The position numbers and the translations under genes were made by a program. Positions 38,017-51,456 of a DNA stretch of 60,000 nucleotides are shown here, piece by piece. A model generated the notes under the pieces. The model saw nothing but the letters and a program-made list of their open reading frames with translations, had not been told where the DNA came from and ran no database searches. Positions within the stretch are counted from its first letter, which is position 1. Each line of letters starts with the position of its first letter. Source of the stretch: Mobula hypostoma (lineage: Eukaryota); NCBI RefSeq assembly GCF_963921235.1, contig NC_086109.1:25112001-25172000 (forward strand). The letters run 5' to 3'.

Positions 38017-39329
38017 AGAAAATAAACATTAACAACTTCAGATGCTGGAAATCCAACAAAAAATGTAGAAGATGCTGGAAATACTTGGTCCGAGAGCTAA
38101 TGTGGAGAGGGAATCTTATTGAATGTTTGAAATCCGAGACCTTTCATCAGGACTGGACAGACAGAAAACAAGTTAGTTCTTAGTAGCAGAAAAGGTTGAG
38201 GAGGAATGGGTCAAACAGAGAGAATATCTCTGGTCGACTGGGACCAAATATATCAATGTGGCAGTTAGAATCAGATTAGGTTTCGTTGCCTGCATGATGT
38301 GCTGCTACAGCAGGTGTCCTTAGGCATGTCCAGACTATTCTTAATGCAGGGAGAAAAACTGAGCCAAAACCACAGATGGGTGAAAGACAGAAACGGCAGT
38401 TCTGATAGAGACAGATAGAAAGTTGTTCTCTTTATGTCCCACATCTTTAATATTGATAACACATAACACAGACAAATAAGCAGCTGCCACAGTAACTCAT
38501 TTGGTCTTGCGCTATCAGCAACATTCCTTTTGTTCTAACCATCCCTCACCTCCCCTACTCTTCCACTGAGAACTAAATATATTTCCTTCTTTTCTAGTCA
38601 AAGACCTAAAACTTTAAGAATGTTTCTCTTCCAACAATACAGCTTAACCTGTTGAATTTTATTTGGGCACTTATTGTGAGACAGACACAGAACAATTCAT
38701 GTCAGGTTTTGTAGTCTGGTTATTAGAGCACTATACAAAATGCCAAACCTGTCTTGACTTTCAGGCAGTGTAGGTTATCCTGGGTTGGGATTTATCCTGG
38801 GTTGGGATAGAAGATGGGGACAATACTGGTGGTGTGATTTCTGTTGTGTCTTCACCAGTAAAGTTGGGAGATTTGTAGTTAGGAATGAAAACTTATGACA
38901 ATGACATTTCAACAGTGGTGCAGTAATAGCACATTTTTTTTCTACAGTAATCCTCTGCCACTTCCCCATTCTCTTTCCTGCGGTAAGCAGGATGATTTCG
39001 GAGCAACATTCATTGCTGACACCTGCTGTGTCTCCACATTAACAGTTGGACATTGCCCAATGGAATTTTTTGCCAAGTTCTCCGGAAGGATAGCAATTCT
39101 ATATTCCAGTGAATGGTAGTGCAAGGGAGCTGTATTCAAACCAGCTCAGGGCTAGAGTTTTTTGGAACTTTTCCTGTGTTTTATCAAATGCCTGGAGACA
39201 AAGCCACAAAATGATTGTTGGGATGCATTTCAGATCATTTGGAGGTTGTGAAATGCATTTGTAAATGCAGTTTTTTTTCCTTACTCGAAAAAGAAACCCT
39301 TGCAACATGTCCTCAGCAAGTGTGTTGCA

Positions 39330-39735
39330 TAAAGTAAATCACTTAGCACAAAACTGTTGTACGAGAACATTTTCTGTGCACAGAGAGATCCCACAAGCAG
39401 ATGACTGACCAGTTAATCTGTTTTTGGTAGTGTTGTTTCAGTAAGGACACTGAAGAAAACTCCCCCATTCATCTTCAGGATAGTGCCATGGGATCTTATA
39501 CCAACACTTCTGAGGGCTGACAGGGCCTCGCTTTAATGTCTCATCCAAAAGACGGCACCTTTTTTAGTGCAGCAGTCCTTAAGTACTGACCGGCGGGCAG
39601 TACAGCACTTCCTCAGTACTGCCCCTTCGACAGTGCAGTGGTCCCTCGGTATTCCAGCGGGAGTTCTGATCTGGATTATATGCTGAAACAATAAGGTGAG
39701 TCTTGAACCCACAGCCTTGAACAGAAGGCAAACCA
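39330..39735 (-). mobile_element. Deu-domain SINE (AmnSINE1/SacSINE1-like)
   Basis: gtgccatgggatcttatacc...cagggcctcgctttaatgtctcatccaaaagacggcacct...cttgaacccacagcctt matches the recalled reverse complement of the Deu domain plus the B box. Other copies at ~43360-43750(-) and ~55320-55690(+). Confidence 0.75.
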
Positions 39736-40639
39736 TGGGGCAATCTATGCATTATTAATGATTTCTGTGTCTTAGCGACTTCTCTGATCGTGGAAACCAG
39801 CCATGAGCAGCTAATTGGACATACCTGTAAAACTTCGCCAAATTCACTCCCAGGATGAGGCGCTTTCCTAAGAGGAAAGGCTAAGCAAAATAAGATATGT
39901 TGTCTGGAATTTATAATCAGAGGTATTCTAACTCAATTATAAAATTCATCAGAAATCCCCCCCTCATTCACCTGTTTTCCTTGATAGAACATCTCTCTTC
40001 AATGAGGTTGTTACTCAGTTTGCACATTTTTGGGTATCATAGGATATATTGACTTAACAGCAATTGACAAAGGATTTATCAAAATGATATCTGTACACCA
40101 AGGGTTAAGTAATTATAAGAGACTAGGGATGTTAAAGTTTTATGCTGTGGAATTAGGTTAAAGAGAATTTGCTTGAAGTTCTGAGGATGATGAGGTAGAC
40201 AAATCAAAACACCTCATTTACCAGTGGCTGAGATCCAACAGATCAGTATAACCTATGGGATCCTGCTGATTAGTGTGGGTCATTCACAATCTGGGAAGTG
40301 GGGGGAGTGTTCTGCTTACTGACCCTCTGGCACATCCTCTTCCATCATCTGTGTATTTTTCTAAGGATTGCTCTCTGTTCCTCTGTTAGTATTTGATCCA
40401 TATCTGATTTTATTCTTAGCATGTGTATCTGTTTGCTACTCCAGCCAAAAGAACCCACTAACCTTTGTCCTGATGCCAAAATCACAGGCACTGAATTACT
40501 CAAAGGCTTATTCCTAAATCCAGATCACGTACAAGTTTTCCCTGATTTACTATTACTTATTTTCCTGTTCCCTGATGTTCCCCACTCTTTTCCCATTATT
40601 ATTTCCTCTTCACCCATCTTGCTACTTCTTCATTAGTTC

Positions 40640-40930
40640 CTAACCACCCAACTTCATCCACCATTCATCTCCTCCTTCCCCTTCTCACCTTCTTCTTCCT
40701 CACAACCCCTCTCCTCCCCACCATCCTCTACTTCTTTTCCTACCCTCCTGCTTCCTCCTCTCACTCTCTTGCTCTTCTTCCTCACTCCTTTTACTCACTC
40801 ATCTTCAGCCACTTACTCCCACGTCCCCTACCTCCTCCCTTCTCTTTCCCTTTTCCTCTCCCTCTTCCCTCCCCCCCAAAGTTTAGACCCCCCCCTTCCT
40901 CTCTATCTTCCACCTCCCCCTCTCCCCTTA
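40640..40930. repeat. Polypyrimidine low-complexity tract
   Basis: About 290 nt consisting almost entirely of C/T. Confidence 0.8.
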
Positions 40931-41514
40931 GCTTGTTATAAATAGGTTGGCTGCCACAGTATCTACATTTCAAATTTATTGCGACTGGTAAAGTACTTTG
41001 TGGTGTACAGGGATCATGAAGGGCATTCTATAAATGCAATTATTTTATTTTTTTCTGATCCTGAGTGTACCGGAGCATATAGAACTCACAGGTAAATAAA
41101 GGTGAGCTACAAATTGGGTACAATCTAGTGAATGATGGAGCAGGCTCAAAGGCGTAAATTGCCTTGAGATGTCCTTTAAGTTAGATTTCCATTACTTCTT
41201 CTGTATATATTTGAACTTATTTCATCTCCCTTGTCCCCTTCCATTGTTTCACATCTAAACTCTCTTGCTCTATATTCCTGACCATTGCCTTGGCTCAGCT
41301 CTCACAGCCATCGCATTATTGTTGTGTGGTGGGGGAATTCAAAGTGATAGAGCCACTCTCTATGATACAGCCAAGGTACCAAATTGCAGAGAAGTTGCAT
41401 CCCAATGGGAAGCTGCGATGGTGAGTTATAAAGAAAACAAACTAAAATTATGCCTTCAATGCCCTAAATATTTCTCTCCTTTTTGATAGAATTTAGATCT
41501 AAGATTTTTTTTTT

Positions 41515-42660
41515 GGAAATGCAAAATGCTGTAGGAACTCGGCAGGTCAGGCAGCATCTATGGAGGGAAATGAACAGTTATGTTGGACCGAGACCTTTCA
41601 CCAGGATAAGACACGAAGGGGCCAGAGCCCAGAATAAGAAGGTGGTGGGGGGGGGGCACAAATTGCAAGTGATAGCTAAGTCCAGGTGAGGGGAAAGGTA
41701 GGTGGATGGGTGGGGGGGGGGGATGATGTGAGAAGCTGGGAGGTGTTGATAGGTGTAAGAGGTAAAGGGTTAAAAAAGGAAGGAATCTGATATGAGAGGA
41801 TGGTAGACCATGGGGAAAGATAAGGAAGAAGTTGGAGAACCAGAGAGGGGTGATGGGCAGATGAGGAGAAGAGGAGAGGGGGTGAGAGCAGAATCAGAAT
41901 GGGGAATGAAAAAAGAGAGAAGGCAGAAGGGAGGAGAAATTACTGGAAGTTAGAGAAGTTGCTGTTCATGCTGTCAACTTGGAGACTGCCAAGACAGATT
42001 ATGAGGAGTTGTGTGGAATTTGTTGTTACTGGTGGCTGTGGAGGCCAAGTCATTGGGTGTATTTAAGGCACAGGTTGGTAGGTTGTCGATTAGTCAGGGT
42101 GTGAAAGATTATGGGCAGAAGATTGGAGAATGGGGCTGAGTGTCAAACAGATCAGCCATAATGAAATTGCAGAACAGTCCTGATGGGCCACATGGCCTAA
42201 CTTTGCTCTTATGTCTCATGGAAAAGTGCCAGGACTGACATTGGTGGGGAGGCACACGTTGTCAATGGAATTGAGGAGAGAGCAATCCCTGCAGGAAGTT
42301 GAGAGACTGAGGTGAGCGGGTTGGAGGTGAGAAAAAAGAATACATCTGGTGGTGGGATCCCAATGGAGATGACAGAAGTTTTGGAAAATTTCAGAGATCT
42401 GTTGGATGAAGTGGCTCATGGAGTAATAAGAGAGAACAAGGGGAATCTTATTGTTTTAATGTTGCCAAAGGGGGTAAGAGAAGGAGCAGATGTGCGGGAA
42501 ATGGTTACTGTCCTCTTCCTCTCCAAACCTGTTGAAGATTCTTGGCCCAAAACATCGAACTTTCATTTCCTTCCATAAATGCTGCCTGACCTGCTGAGTT
42601 TCTCCACCAGTACTTCGTGTGTGTTACTCAAGATCTCCAGCATCTGAAAATCTCATGTCT
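41515..42660. mobile_element. Neptune-type PLE with inverted 5' pLTR and a nested CR1 fragment (~42010-42215)
   Basis: Minus pLTR/endonuclease end at 41515-42005, internal part at 42216-42505, plus-oriented pLTR at ~42510-42660. Confidence 0.7.
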
Positions 42661-42834
42661 CTGATGTTTTGTTTTACCATGAAATTTAGTCATTCTATCC
42701 CTTGAAACCTTGGGTTCACTGTCTACTAAAGAAACAAGGAAGCACCTTGAGATGTCTTGTGGCATTCATAGTACTACATAAATGCTTGTTGTTGGTATTG
42801 TACTAAGAGTGCTGTTGTGACTCTGTGATTTCAG

Positions 42835-43046
42835 GCATAACAGAGACTGTGGCCCAGCTTGCATCAGGATGGATAGCTGACCAAAACTACACCAACAAGT
42901 TCCATTATCACAAAGCTTATCTCCTCCTCTGTGGCCTTTCCAACTTGTTGGCTCCAATGGCGACAACCTACGCCCAGCTGATGGTTTATGTTGTGTTCTT
43001 TGCTGTGTTCTGTGGTGGATACATGGCCCTGCTTCTCCCAGTCCTG
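42835..43046 (+). CDS. SLC16A4: SLC16A4 coding exon E (TM8-TM10)
   Basis: gatttcag| ... ctg|gtaaat, 212 nt. (G)ITETVAQLASGWIADQNYTNKFHYHKAYLLLCGLSNLLAPMATT...GGYMALLLPVL. Confidence 0.97.
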
Positions 43047-44170
43047 GTAAATCAACAGATCCTCTTTGTTATGTGTGCAAAATGCCAGAAAATTTATAGG
43101 GTGAAGGGCAGTTTGCTGGAATAATGAACGATGCTTTGTTTGGTCAAATCTTCGAAGCTTTGATTTTTATTATGACTTGACTTAGCCAATCAGGTGACGA
43201 GAAATATAACTTAGAAGAAAAATAAAATCAGACATCTCCTCTTCCAGATCCTCCCTTTACCCATATCTTTATCTTCCAGACCCAAATCTGTACTTTACCC
43301 AATCTTTTTTACCACGCCCCCCCACCCATGACTCAATGGAAAGGCCTTATTCATGGCAATGAAAGATTTGCATTTTTATAGTGCTTTTTACACCATGTCT
43401 GATTGCGTTACAGTCACTGGTTTATTTTTACATGTCCTTCCTAGTGTAACACAGAAGACGAAGCAGCCAATGTGTGCACTCCTGGTCTCACAACCAGCAA
43501 TTACATCCCACTTTGCAAAATAGCATCGTTGAGTATTCTGCAACCTTATGAGAAAGTGTACAGGAGCCAGAGACCCTCTAATATTTTAAAAATTTCTCAG
43601 CTGCATTACATCCCATGTGCAAGATAGCAGTCCCAGTACTCCCATTTTACTGCACTGGAGTGCCAGCTATATTTTGTGCTCAAGTCTCTGGAGCGAGAAG
43701 GAAATGAAAGCCTGTGACTCAGAGGCAAGCATGCTATCAACCGAGCCATGTGTTAGCACCAAATCTAGCAAGGGCTGGTTTGATTAACTCTTGATCAAAT
43801 GGTCTGAAGATCTCTGATGAACAATAGCCCCATGAACAATATATTTGAGAGGTGTTGTCATAATCTGTTTCTGCATCAACACAACAGTAGTAAAGTCAGG
43901 TAAAACGCCATAGCGAAATTTCAAGGAATTATTTTCCACATAGCTGAAACTTGATTCTTGAAATTCTGCCCAAAATTGTTCATAATTAGTTCATTGGAAA
44001 CAAAGACAATGTGGGGAATTAAATTCTTGGTTAACTTTTTAAATCTCAGATTATACAGTACTGTATAACGTCTTTCCAGTTACCAAATAACACTTAATAC
44101 TACTGAGCTAATACAAAGCTAAGTACTCTTACTTCAGTTTCCCAACTACCTTCCTATTTTAACCAATATA

Positions 44171-44690
44171 CAGTACTGTACAAAAGTCTTAAGCACCCTA
44201 TCTATATGAGCATACTTTTATACTTATACTTTATTGTCGCCAATCAAAAGATACTAGAACGTACAGTCATCACAGCGATATTTGATTCTGCGCTTCCCGC
44301 TCCCTGGATTACAATCAATAGTCAATATTAAAATTTAAATTATAAATCATAAATAGAAAATAAAAAAATGGAAAGTAAGGTAGTGCAAAAAAACCGAGAG
44401 GCAGGTCCGGATATTTGGAGGGTACGGCCCAGATCCGGGTCAGGATCCGTTCAGCAGTCTTATCACAGTTGGAAAGAAGCTGTTCCCAAATGTGGCCATA
44501 CGAGTCTCCAAGCTCCTGAGCCTTCTCCCGAGGAAAAGTGTGTTGGCTGGGTGGGTCGTGTCCTTGATTATCCTGGCAGCACTGCTCTGACAGCGTGCGG
44601 TGTAAAGTGAGTCCAAGGACAGAAGATTGGTTTGTGTGATGTGCTGCGCCGTGTTCTTCTGGAGCTTCTTCCGACCTTTGCACAGTACTG
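44171..44690. mobile_element. Tc1-type MITE with a nested Rex-type LINE 3' end
   Basis: TA-cagtactgtacaaaagtc ... gacctttgcacagtactg-TA; LINE tail on the minus strand at ~44213-44665. Confidence 0.7.
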
Positions 44691-44867
44691 TATCTTCATT
44701 TGAATATAGTCAGTTACAGGAAAGTTGCAGGTGCTTCTGAATGAACATCTTCTAATGGGAGAGTGCACTGCTGCAGATTCTGGCTCAGATTTTTGAAGTG
44801 ATGATAGAAATGCACAAATGAATTCAAATATACTGATTTGATTTCTTGGCTTCCTTATGTTGCACAG

Positions 44868-44961
44868 GTTGATCTAGTTGGAGTGACTAGAGTAAGAATT
44901 TCATTGGGTTTCTCGATGTTTTTTGCTGGGATTGGCTGTCTGACTGGACCTCCAGCAGCAG
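44868..44961 (+). CDS. SLC16A4: SLC16A4 coding exon F (TM11)
   Basis: ccttatgttgcacag| ... cag|gtaaag, 94 nt. VDLVGVTRVRISLGFSMFFAGIGCLTGPPAA(G). Confidence 0.95.
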
Positions 44962-45459
44962 GTAAAGGCTTGCACAATGTTTTTCCAGTGCTTCCCCTAC
45001 ACTCAATGTGCTTCAAATGCAAACTTTTCTCCTGAGTCAATATTTCTTTAGGTCAACTATCTACAATGTTTCTCAAGAGCATAATGTTCCTCTGCAATCA
45101 GCACCTGCAAGTACAAAATGTTATGCTGCCATCTTTGTTTCTCCAGATAAGTGTTCTACAAAAAACAGAACATTCTCTTTTTGTAGGATTGCTGAATGAC
45201 CGTAAAAAAAAAGCCCAAAGTAGCAGATTTTAATTACCAGGTTCTGTTTCTGCTAATATTTCAATAATTCCTCCCTGTCAAATTAGAACAAAACACCATG
45301 ACATCTCTTTGGATTTCGTTGAACACCCAATTATCTTCAAAATACCAGGAAAGCATTGTTCAGTGATAGGTGTGGTAGATAGACATAGTGATAGTGATAG
45401 ATAGACATTACCGTCTATATCAAAAATTACACAGAAAACTCAGTCTTGCATGTCATAAT

Positions 45460-45960
45460 CACAAGAGATTCTGCAGATGCTGGAAATCTTTAGAACAAAC
45501 ATAAAATGCTGGAGGAAGTCAGCAGTTCAGGGAGCGTCTATGGAGGGAAGTAAACAGTCGACATTTCAGGCCGAGATCCTTCATCAGTACTGATAAAGAA
45601 GATGGAGGAAGAAGGAATAAGGAGGAGAGTGAGGGAAAGGAGTACAAGTTAGCAGGTGAGACCAGCTGAGGGGGTATGAAATAAGAGGCCCGGAGATGAC
45701 AGGTGGAAGAGGTAAAGAGGTAAAGGGGTGAAAAAGTAGGAATCCGATAGGACAGTGGACTATGGAAGAAAGTGAAGAAGGGGCAACAGCGGGAGGTGGT
45801 GGGCAGTTGAGGAGAAGGGGTGAGGGGAGCCCAAGTGGAGGATGGAAAAAGTGATGAGGCGGAGAAGTTGGATAAATTGATGTTCATGCCATCATCAGGT
45901 TGGAGGCTACTCAGACAAAAAATGCTCCTCTAACCTGAATTTGGTCTCATCGTGGCAGTA
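45460..45960 (-). mobile_element. Neptune-type PLE 3' end; near-intact hammerhead at 45555-45592
   Basis: Minus strand cagta-CUGAUGA-agg aucucgg ccu-GAAAU-GUC-gacug (two changes from consensus). Confidence 0.8.
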
Positions 45961-48249
45961 GAATAGCATATGAATGGTGCACAATAAGCATGCAAACTCA
46001 ATGATCAGCAAAAATAATGTGAACTTTATGTGAAATAAGGTTGGTGCAGGGGGAAGATTAAACATACTGCAAACAACTTGATATATTGGGATAGAGAGAG
46101 AACTAAGAAACAGAGGACTGTATGTTTATTTGATTTAATAGATTTCACTCTTTTGAAGTTAGAAGTCTGATTTTATTGGCACTATTTTGTGTCACCTCAT
46201 TCTTAAAGCCAGTGTCATTAGTTTAAATCAGCTCACTTCTGGTAATATCTTTCCTTCTTGACCATTGTCCAGTGCTGGGCAACATTACAAAAAGAAGACA
46301 GCTTTTTGTTTATGTTCAGGTATCCAAAGAATTGCTCTTTGTATGTGTGAGATGATAAAATATGATAGTCAGTGATGCTTCTGAGGGTAACTGCAATGTT
46401 GTCAGATTTTCTTCAACACGGAACCCTAAAGCTGCTCAGAACTCAGCACGTAATGTTGCTGGAGCAAGAAGACATGGCAATGTTACAGACCTGCACACAT
46501 TAAGTAGTAATAGAATTCAAATGGACAAACAGGGGCGATTCTTTGATTATAGAAGTGACTGAGGCAGGTACAGAAAGCTGAACTACCAAAACGCTGTTGC
46601 AATTGATTAAAATTATACAGTACAGGAACAGCACTTCCAGCCCATGTCAACTAACAAGTACCCACTCTATACTGACTGTATTAATCTTACTTTATTTTAT
46701 CAACTCCTGCCAAATTCTGCCACTGAAATAAACACTGGGGATGATTTTACAGCAGACAATTATCCTACTAAACTGAATACCTTTGGGACGTGAGAGAAAA
46801 CTAGAGCAGCTAGGGTGCCCAACCTGGGGTCCATGGACTCCTTGCTTAATGATAATGGTCCATGGCATAAAAAGGGTTGGGAACCTCTGATTGTGCAAAC
46901 ACAGGGAGAACAGACAGACTCCACACACGTATTATCCGTGATCAGGATTGAACTCTGGTCTCTGGAACTGTGAGGCAGAAACCCTACTTGTTCTGCAACT
47001 CAGTCTATTTGCAGTCATCAGCAATAATAAGATTCTTCCTGTTCGTTCATAATGGTAGCATAGCATTACAACTATGACACCATTACAGCTCAGAGGGTCA
47101 GAGATCAGAGTTCAATTTTGGCACTGTCTGCAGGCAATTTGTACATTCTCCCTGTGAACACATGGGTTTCTTCCGGGTGCTTCAGTTTCCTCCCCCCACA
47201 GTCCAAAGACGTAGTAGTAGGTTAATTGATCATTGTAGATTGCCCTGTGGTTTGGTGAGTATTAGATGTGTGGGTTGCTGGGTGGCAAGGCCAATTCCGC
47301 ACTGCATCTCTAAATAAATAAATCGTCAGCTGCCCAACACTTTTACTCCAACCAAAAAAAAAACACTGATGGCTCTGAGTTAAGGATTAATGTATAAAGT
47401 ATTTTCTATTATTTTAGTAGAGTTTTGATTATCCATTAGTAATAAAAGCAATTGGAGATGAGAATTGGGCTTTTGAATTCTTGGTCAAGAATCATCAAGA
47501 CACAATCTACTCCCAGCCTTTCATCACTCAGTGAATTCAGGCTGACAAGTACAACAAGCTCCATTTCATTCCTTACCTCAGGCAGACTTCTTCCTGTCAG
47601 CAGTTTTGTCGACCCTGAAGTTGCAAACTACATAATGCTTCATTTCCACAGGGGCTATGTACTTTTCCATCCACAAATGTAAAAAATTCGTGTTGCCTCA
47701 TGTAAATTTTTCCCATGCTCAGTGACCCATCAGCGGGTGCAGTTTTCCCTAAAACATACTTGTGAAAGTAGTATTTACTGCCGTCAGTGACATGCCAGGG
47801 CTTAAAGCAAAACAGCTTTATGATCATCTTATATTCAAATAGATCATAAATTACTTTTAAGGTGAAATAAATTATCTATGGATCCAAAACTTAGTGAGCA
47901 TAAGCGTAATGTCAAACACATGGTCACACAGTTATGCAAGAGTCCAATTCAAAATATGTCAGGACCAAAGGGACAATGACAACATAGAGAGACAAGAGAC
48001 TGTAGAGGTCGGAAATCTGGAGTAACACACAAAGTCAGGCAGCATCTAGAGAAGGAAATGGACAGTCGATGTTTCAGGTCGTGACCCTTCATGATGACCA
48101 AAGAAAGCTCTTTTATTACATAGATACAGTTTAACACAAATGGGAGAAAGAAATAAACAGTAAAGAACCCACAGGCCAGGTATTCCTCTAGCCCACAGAA
48201 CCATGAGAGTCAACAATATACTAAGAGAAATGGATATTTAATGTACTGC

Positions 48250-49720
48250 AACACACACAAAATGCAAGAGGAACTCAGCAGGCCAGGCGGCATCTATGGA
48301 AATGGATAAACAGTCGATGTTTCGGGCCAAAAACATTCTTCAGGATGGGAAAGGAAGGGGGAAGATGCCAGAATAAGAAGTTTTGTGGGGAGGGGATGGA
48401 GGCTAGCTAGAAGTGATAGGTGAAGCCAAGAGGCTGGGAAAGGTAAAAGACTGGACAGGAAGGAATCTGATAGGAGAGTGAACCATAGGAGAAAGGGGGA
48501 ACGCAGCAGGCCAGGCAGCATCTCTAGGAAGAAGGACAGTCGACGTTTTGGGCCGAGACCCTTTGTCAGGACTAACTGAAAGAAGAGATAGTAAGAAATT
48601 TGAAAGTGGGAGGGGGCGGGGAAGATCTGAAATGATAGAAGAAGACAGGAGGGTGAGGGATGCAGCTAAGAGCTGGAAAGTTGATTGGCAAAAGGGATAT
48701 GAGCGGATCATGGGACGGGAGGCCTAGGGAGAAAGAAAGGTGGAGGGGGGAAGCCCAGAGAATGGGCAAGGAGTATAGTGAGAGGGACATAGGGAGAAAA
48801 AAGAGGGAGAGGGAGAGGGAGAGGGAGAGGATATATATATATATATATATAATTAATAAATAAGGGATGTGGTATGAAGGGGAGGTGGGGCATTAACGGA
48901 AATTAGAGAAGTCAATGTTCATGCCATCAGTTTGGAGGCTACCCAGACGGAATATAAGGTGTTGTTCCTCCAACCTGAGTGTGGCTTCGTCTTGACAGTA
49001 GAAAAGGCCGTGGATAGACATATCAGAATGGGAATGGGACACAGAATTAAAATGTGTGGCCACTGGAAGATCCTGCTTTCTCTGGTGGACTGAGCGTAGG
49101 TGTTCAGTGAAACGGTCTCCCAGCCTGCGTCGGGTCTCGCCAATATATAGAAGGCCGCATTGGGAGCACTGGACGTAGTATATCACCCCAGCCGACTCAC
49201 AGGTGAAGTGTCGCCTCACCTGGAAGGACTGTCTGGGGCCCTGAATGGTGGTAAGGGAGGAAGTGTAAGGGCATGTGTAGCACTTGTTCCGCTTACAAGG
49301 ATAAGTGCCGGGAAGGAGATCGGTGGGGAGGGATGGGGGGGACGAATGGACAAGGGAGTTGCGTAGGGAGCAATCCCTGCGGAAAACAGAGAGAGGGGGA
49401 GGGAAAGATGTGCTTAGTGCTGGGATCCCGTTGGAGGTGCCGGAAGTTACGGAGAATAATATGTTGGACCTGGAGGTTGGTGGGGTGGTGGGAGGATGCA
49501 GTGAGAGATGTGCGTGAAATGGGGGAGATGCGTTTGAGAGCAGAGTTGATGGTGGAGGAAGGGAAGCCCCTTTCTTTAAAAAAATGATATCTCCCTCGTC
49601 CTGGAACGAAAAGCCTCATCCTAAGAGCAGATGCGGTGGAGACGGAGGAATTGCGAGAAGGGGATGGCATTTTTGCAAGAGACAGGGTGAGAAGAGGAAT
49701 AGTCCAGGTAGCTGTGAGAC
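48250..49720 (-). mobile_element. Neptune-type PLE 3' half with an open GIY-YIG endonuclease ORF (48893-49219) and tandem pLTRs
   Basis: FTCESAGVIYYVQCSQCGLLYIGETRRRLGDRFTEHLRS...PVATHFN...RLEEQHLIFRLGSLQTDGMN; the hammerhead at 48537-48574 has core G8>A and G12>A. Confidence 0.92.
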
Positions 49721-50074
49721 TCCCTTGTCCATTCGCCCCCCCCGCCCCCCAAGAGGCTGCTACTGTTCACTGGAGAATGCTACCCAGGTTTTCTGCATTT
49801 TGGACATGGACTTGGACGATACACTTTTTTTCCATCTTAGTTTTTTTTATATATATATTTGCCCAATCTTTCTCGTTTCTTGTGTGAGGGGGGAAGAGGA
49901 TTTTGGGGGTCAATATGCCTGTTCCATTTGTTTTTTCCATGTGAAGAGTTGGGATTTGGAGGTTTGATGATCTGCTGCTGTTCTATTCTTAGTTTTGTGG
50001 CTATCTCAAGAAGAATTTCAGAGTTGTATACTTTGATAATAAATGAACCTTTGAACAGACAACCCCAGCAGATT

Positions 50075-50775
50075 TACAGGTGAAGGGTTGCCTCACCTGG
50101 AAAGAATGTTTGGGCCCCTGAATGTACAGGTATAGCACTTTGACCACTTGCGGGGACAAGTGCCAGAAGAGAGATTAGTGGGGAAAAGGGAATTATGGAG
50201 GGAGCAATCCTGGGATTGGGGGGATGTAAAGAAATGTTTGGTGGTAGGATCCCTTTTGAGATGACAGAAGTTGCAGAGAATATGCGTTGGGTGCAGAGCC
50301 TCATGGGAACGAAGGTAGGTAAGGACAAGAGGACCTCTATCATTGTTAAGGTGGTGGGAAGATGCAGGAGCACGGATGTTTGAGAAATGGTGAAAATGCA
50401 GGTGAGGGCAACATCAGTGGTGGCGGAAGGGAAACCCTGTCCTTTGAAGATCTGATGTTCTGGAAAGGATAGCCGCGTCGTGGTAACAGATGGTGCGGAG
50501 CCAAAGGAATTGAGAAAAGGAAAAAGCATTTTTACAAGAGACAGGCTGGGAAGAGGTACAGACAAGATAACCACAGGAAGCGGTAGGTTTACAAGAGAGG
50601 TCGATGGACAGTTTGTTTCCAGGCATGCAGACAGAGAGATTGGGAGGTGTCAGAAATGGAATCAGTGAATCTCTAAGGGCAGGGTGGAAGTTGAAAGCAA
50701 AGTTGATGAAATTGATGAACTCAGCGTGGGTGCATGAAACAGTACCAATGCAGTCATCAATGTAGAACAGGAAGA
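50075..50775 (-). mobile_element. Neptune-type PLE RT fragment
   Basis: LFLFYIDDCIG...FINFAFNFHPAL...KNAFSFSQFLWLRTICY (RT YIDD motif and thumb). Confidence 0.85.
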
Positions 50776-51456
50776 GTTCAATTTTGCCATTGTCTGTAAG
50801 GAGTTTGTATGTTCTCCTCATGAACGCATGCGCTCCCTCTGCATGCTCCAGTTGCCCCTCTCCACATATGCTGTCTGATCTGCTAAGTAATTCCACCATT
50901 TTTAATTTTTATTTTAGCCTTTAGAAATTTCTGCTAACAAGTCACTTTTTATTGTCATTTCGACCATAACTGCTGGTACAATACACAGTAAAAACGAGAC
51001 TTTTTCAGGACCATGGTGCTACACGAAATAATACAAAAACTACAATGAACTACGTTAAACAACACAAAAACTACACTAGACTACAGACCTACCCAGGACT
51101 GCATAAAGTACACAGAACAGTGCAGGCATTACAATAAAGCGGAGGGCAGTAGGTTGGTAGTCCGATGGCTTGGGGGGAAAACTGTTACATAAATAAACAG
51201 CTGAATAACAGCGTCCCCTCATCCGAGCATCCAAATTAAAACTTCTTATGCTGTGCATAAGGACAGGTGAGAAATGAGATCACTGCTTGAACTGGAATCT
51301 TGGTGTTACTATTGATAAATGCTTAAAGGACACATGTATAGTTATATCACAGAGTACTGAAGTAAATGTAAGTTGCTTTTTGTTCTAATAAGAGTGATAA
51401 GTAAGAATTAATGCCAGAGCATTTGAAGCCAGGAGCTTGCAAACATGGAGTTAGGA

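Noticed and set aside
47577..47750. Possible antisense exon (gag|gtaagg donor)
   Set aside because: Splice signals only; no recognisable product or partner exon.
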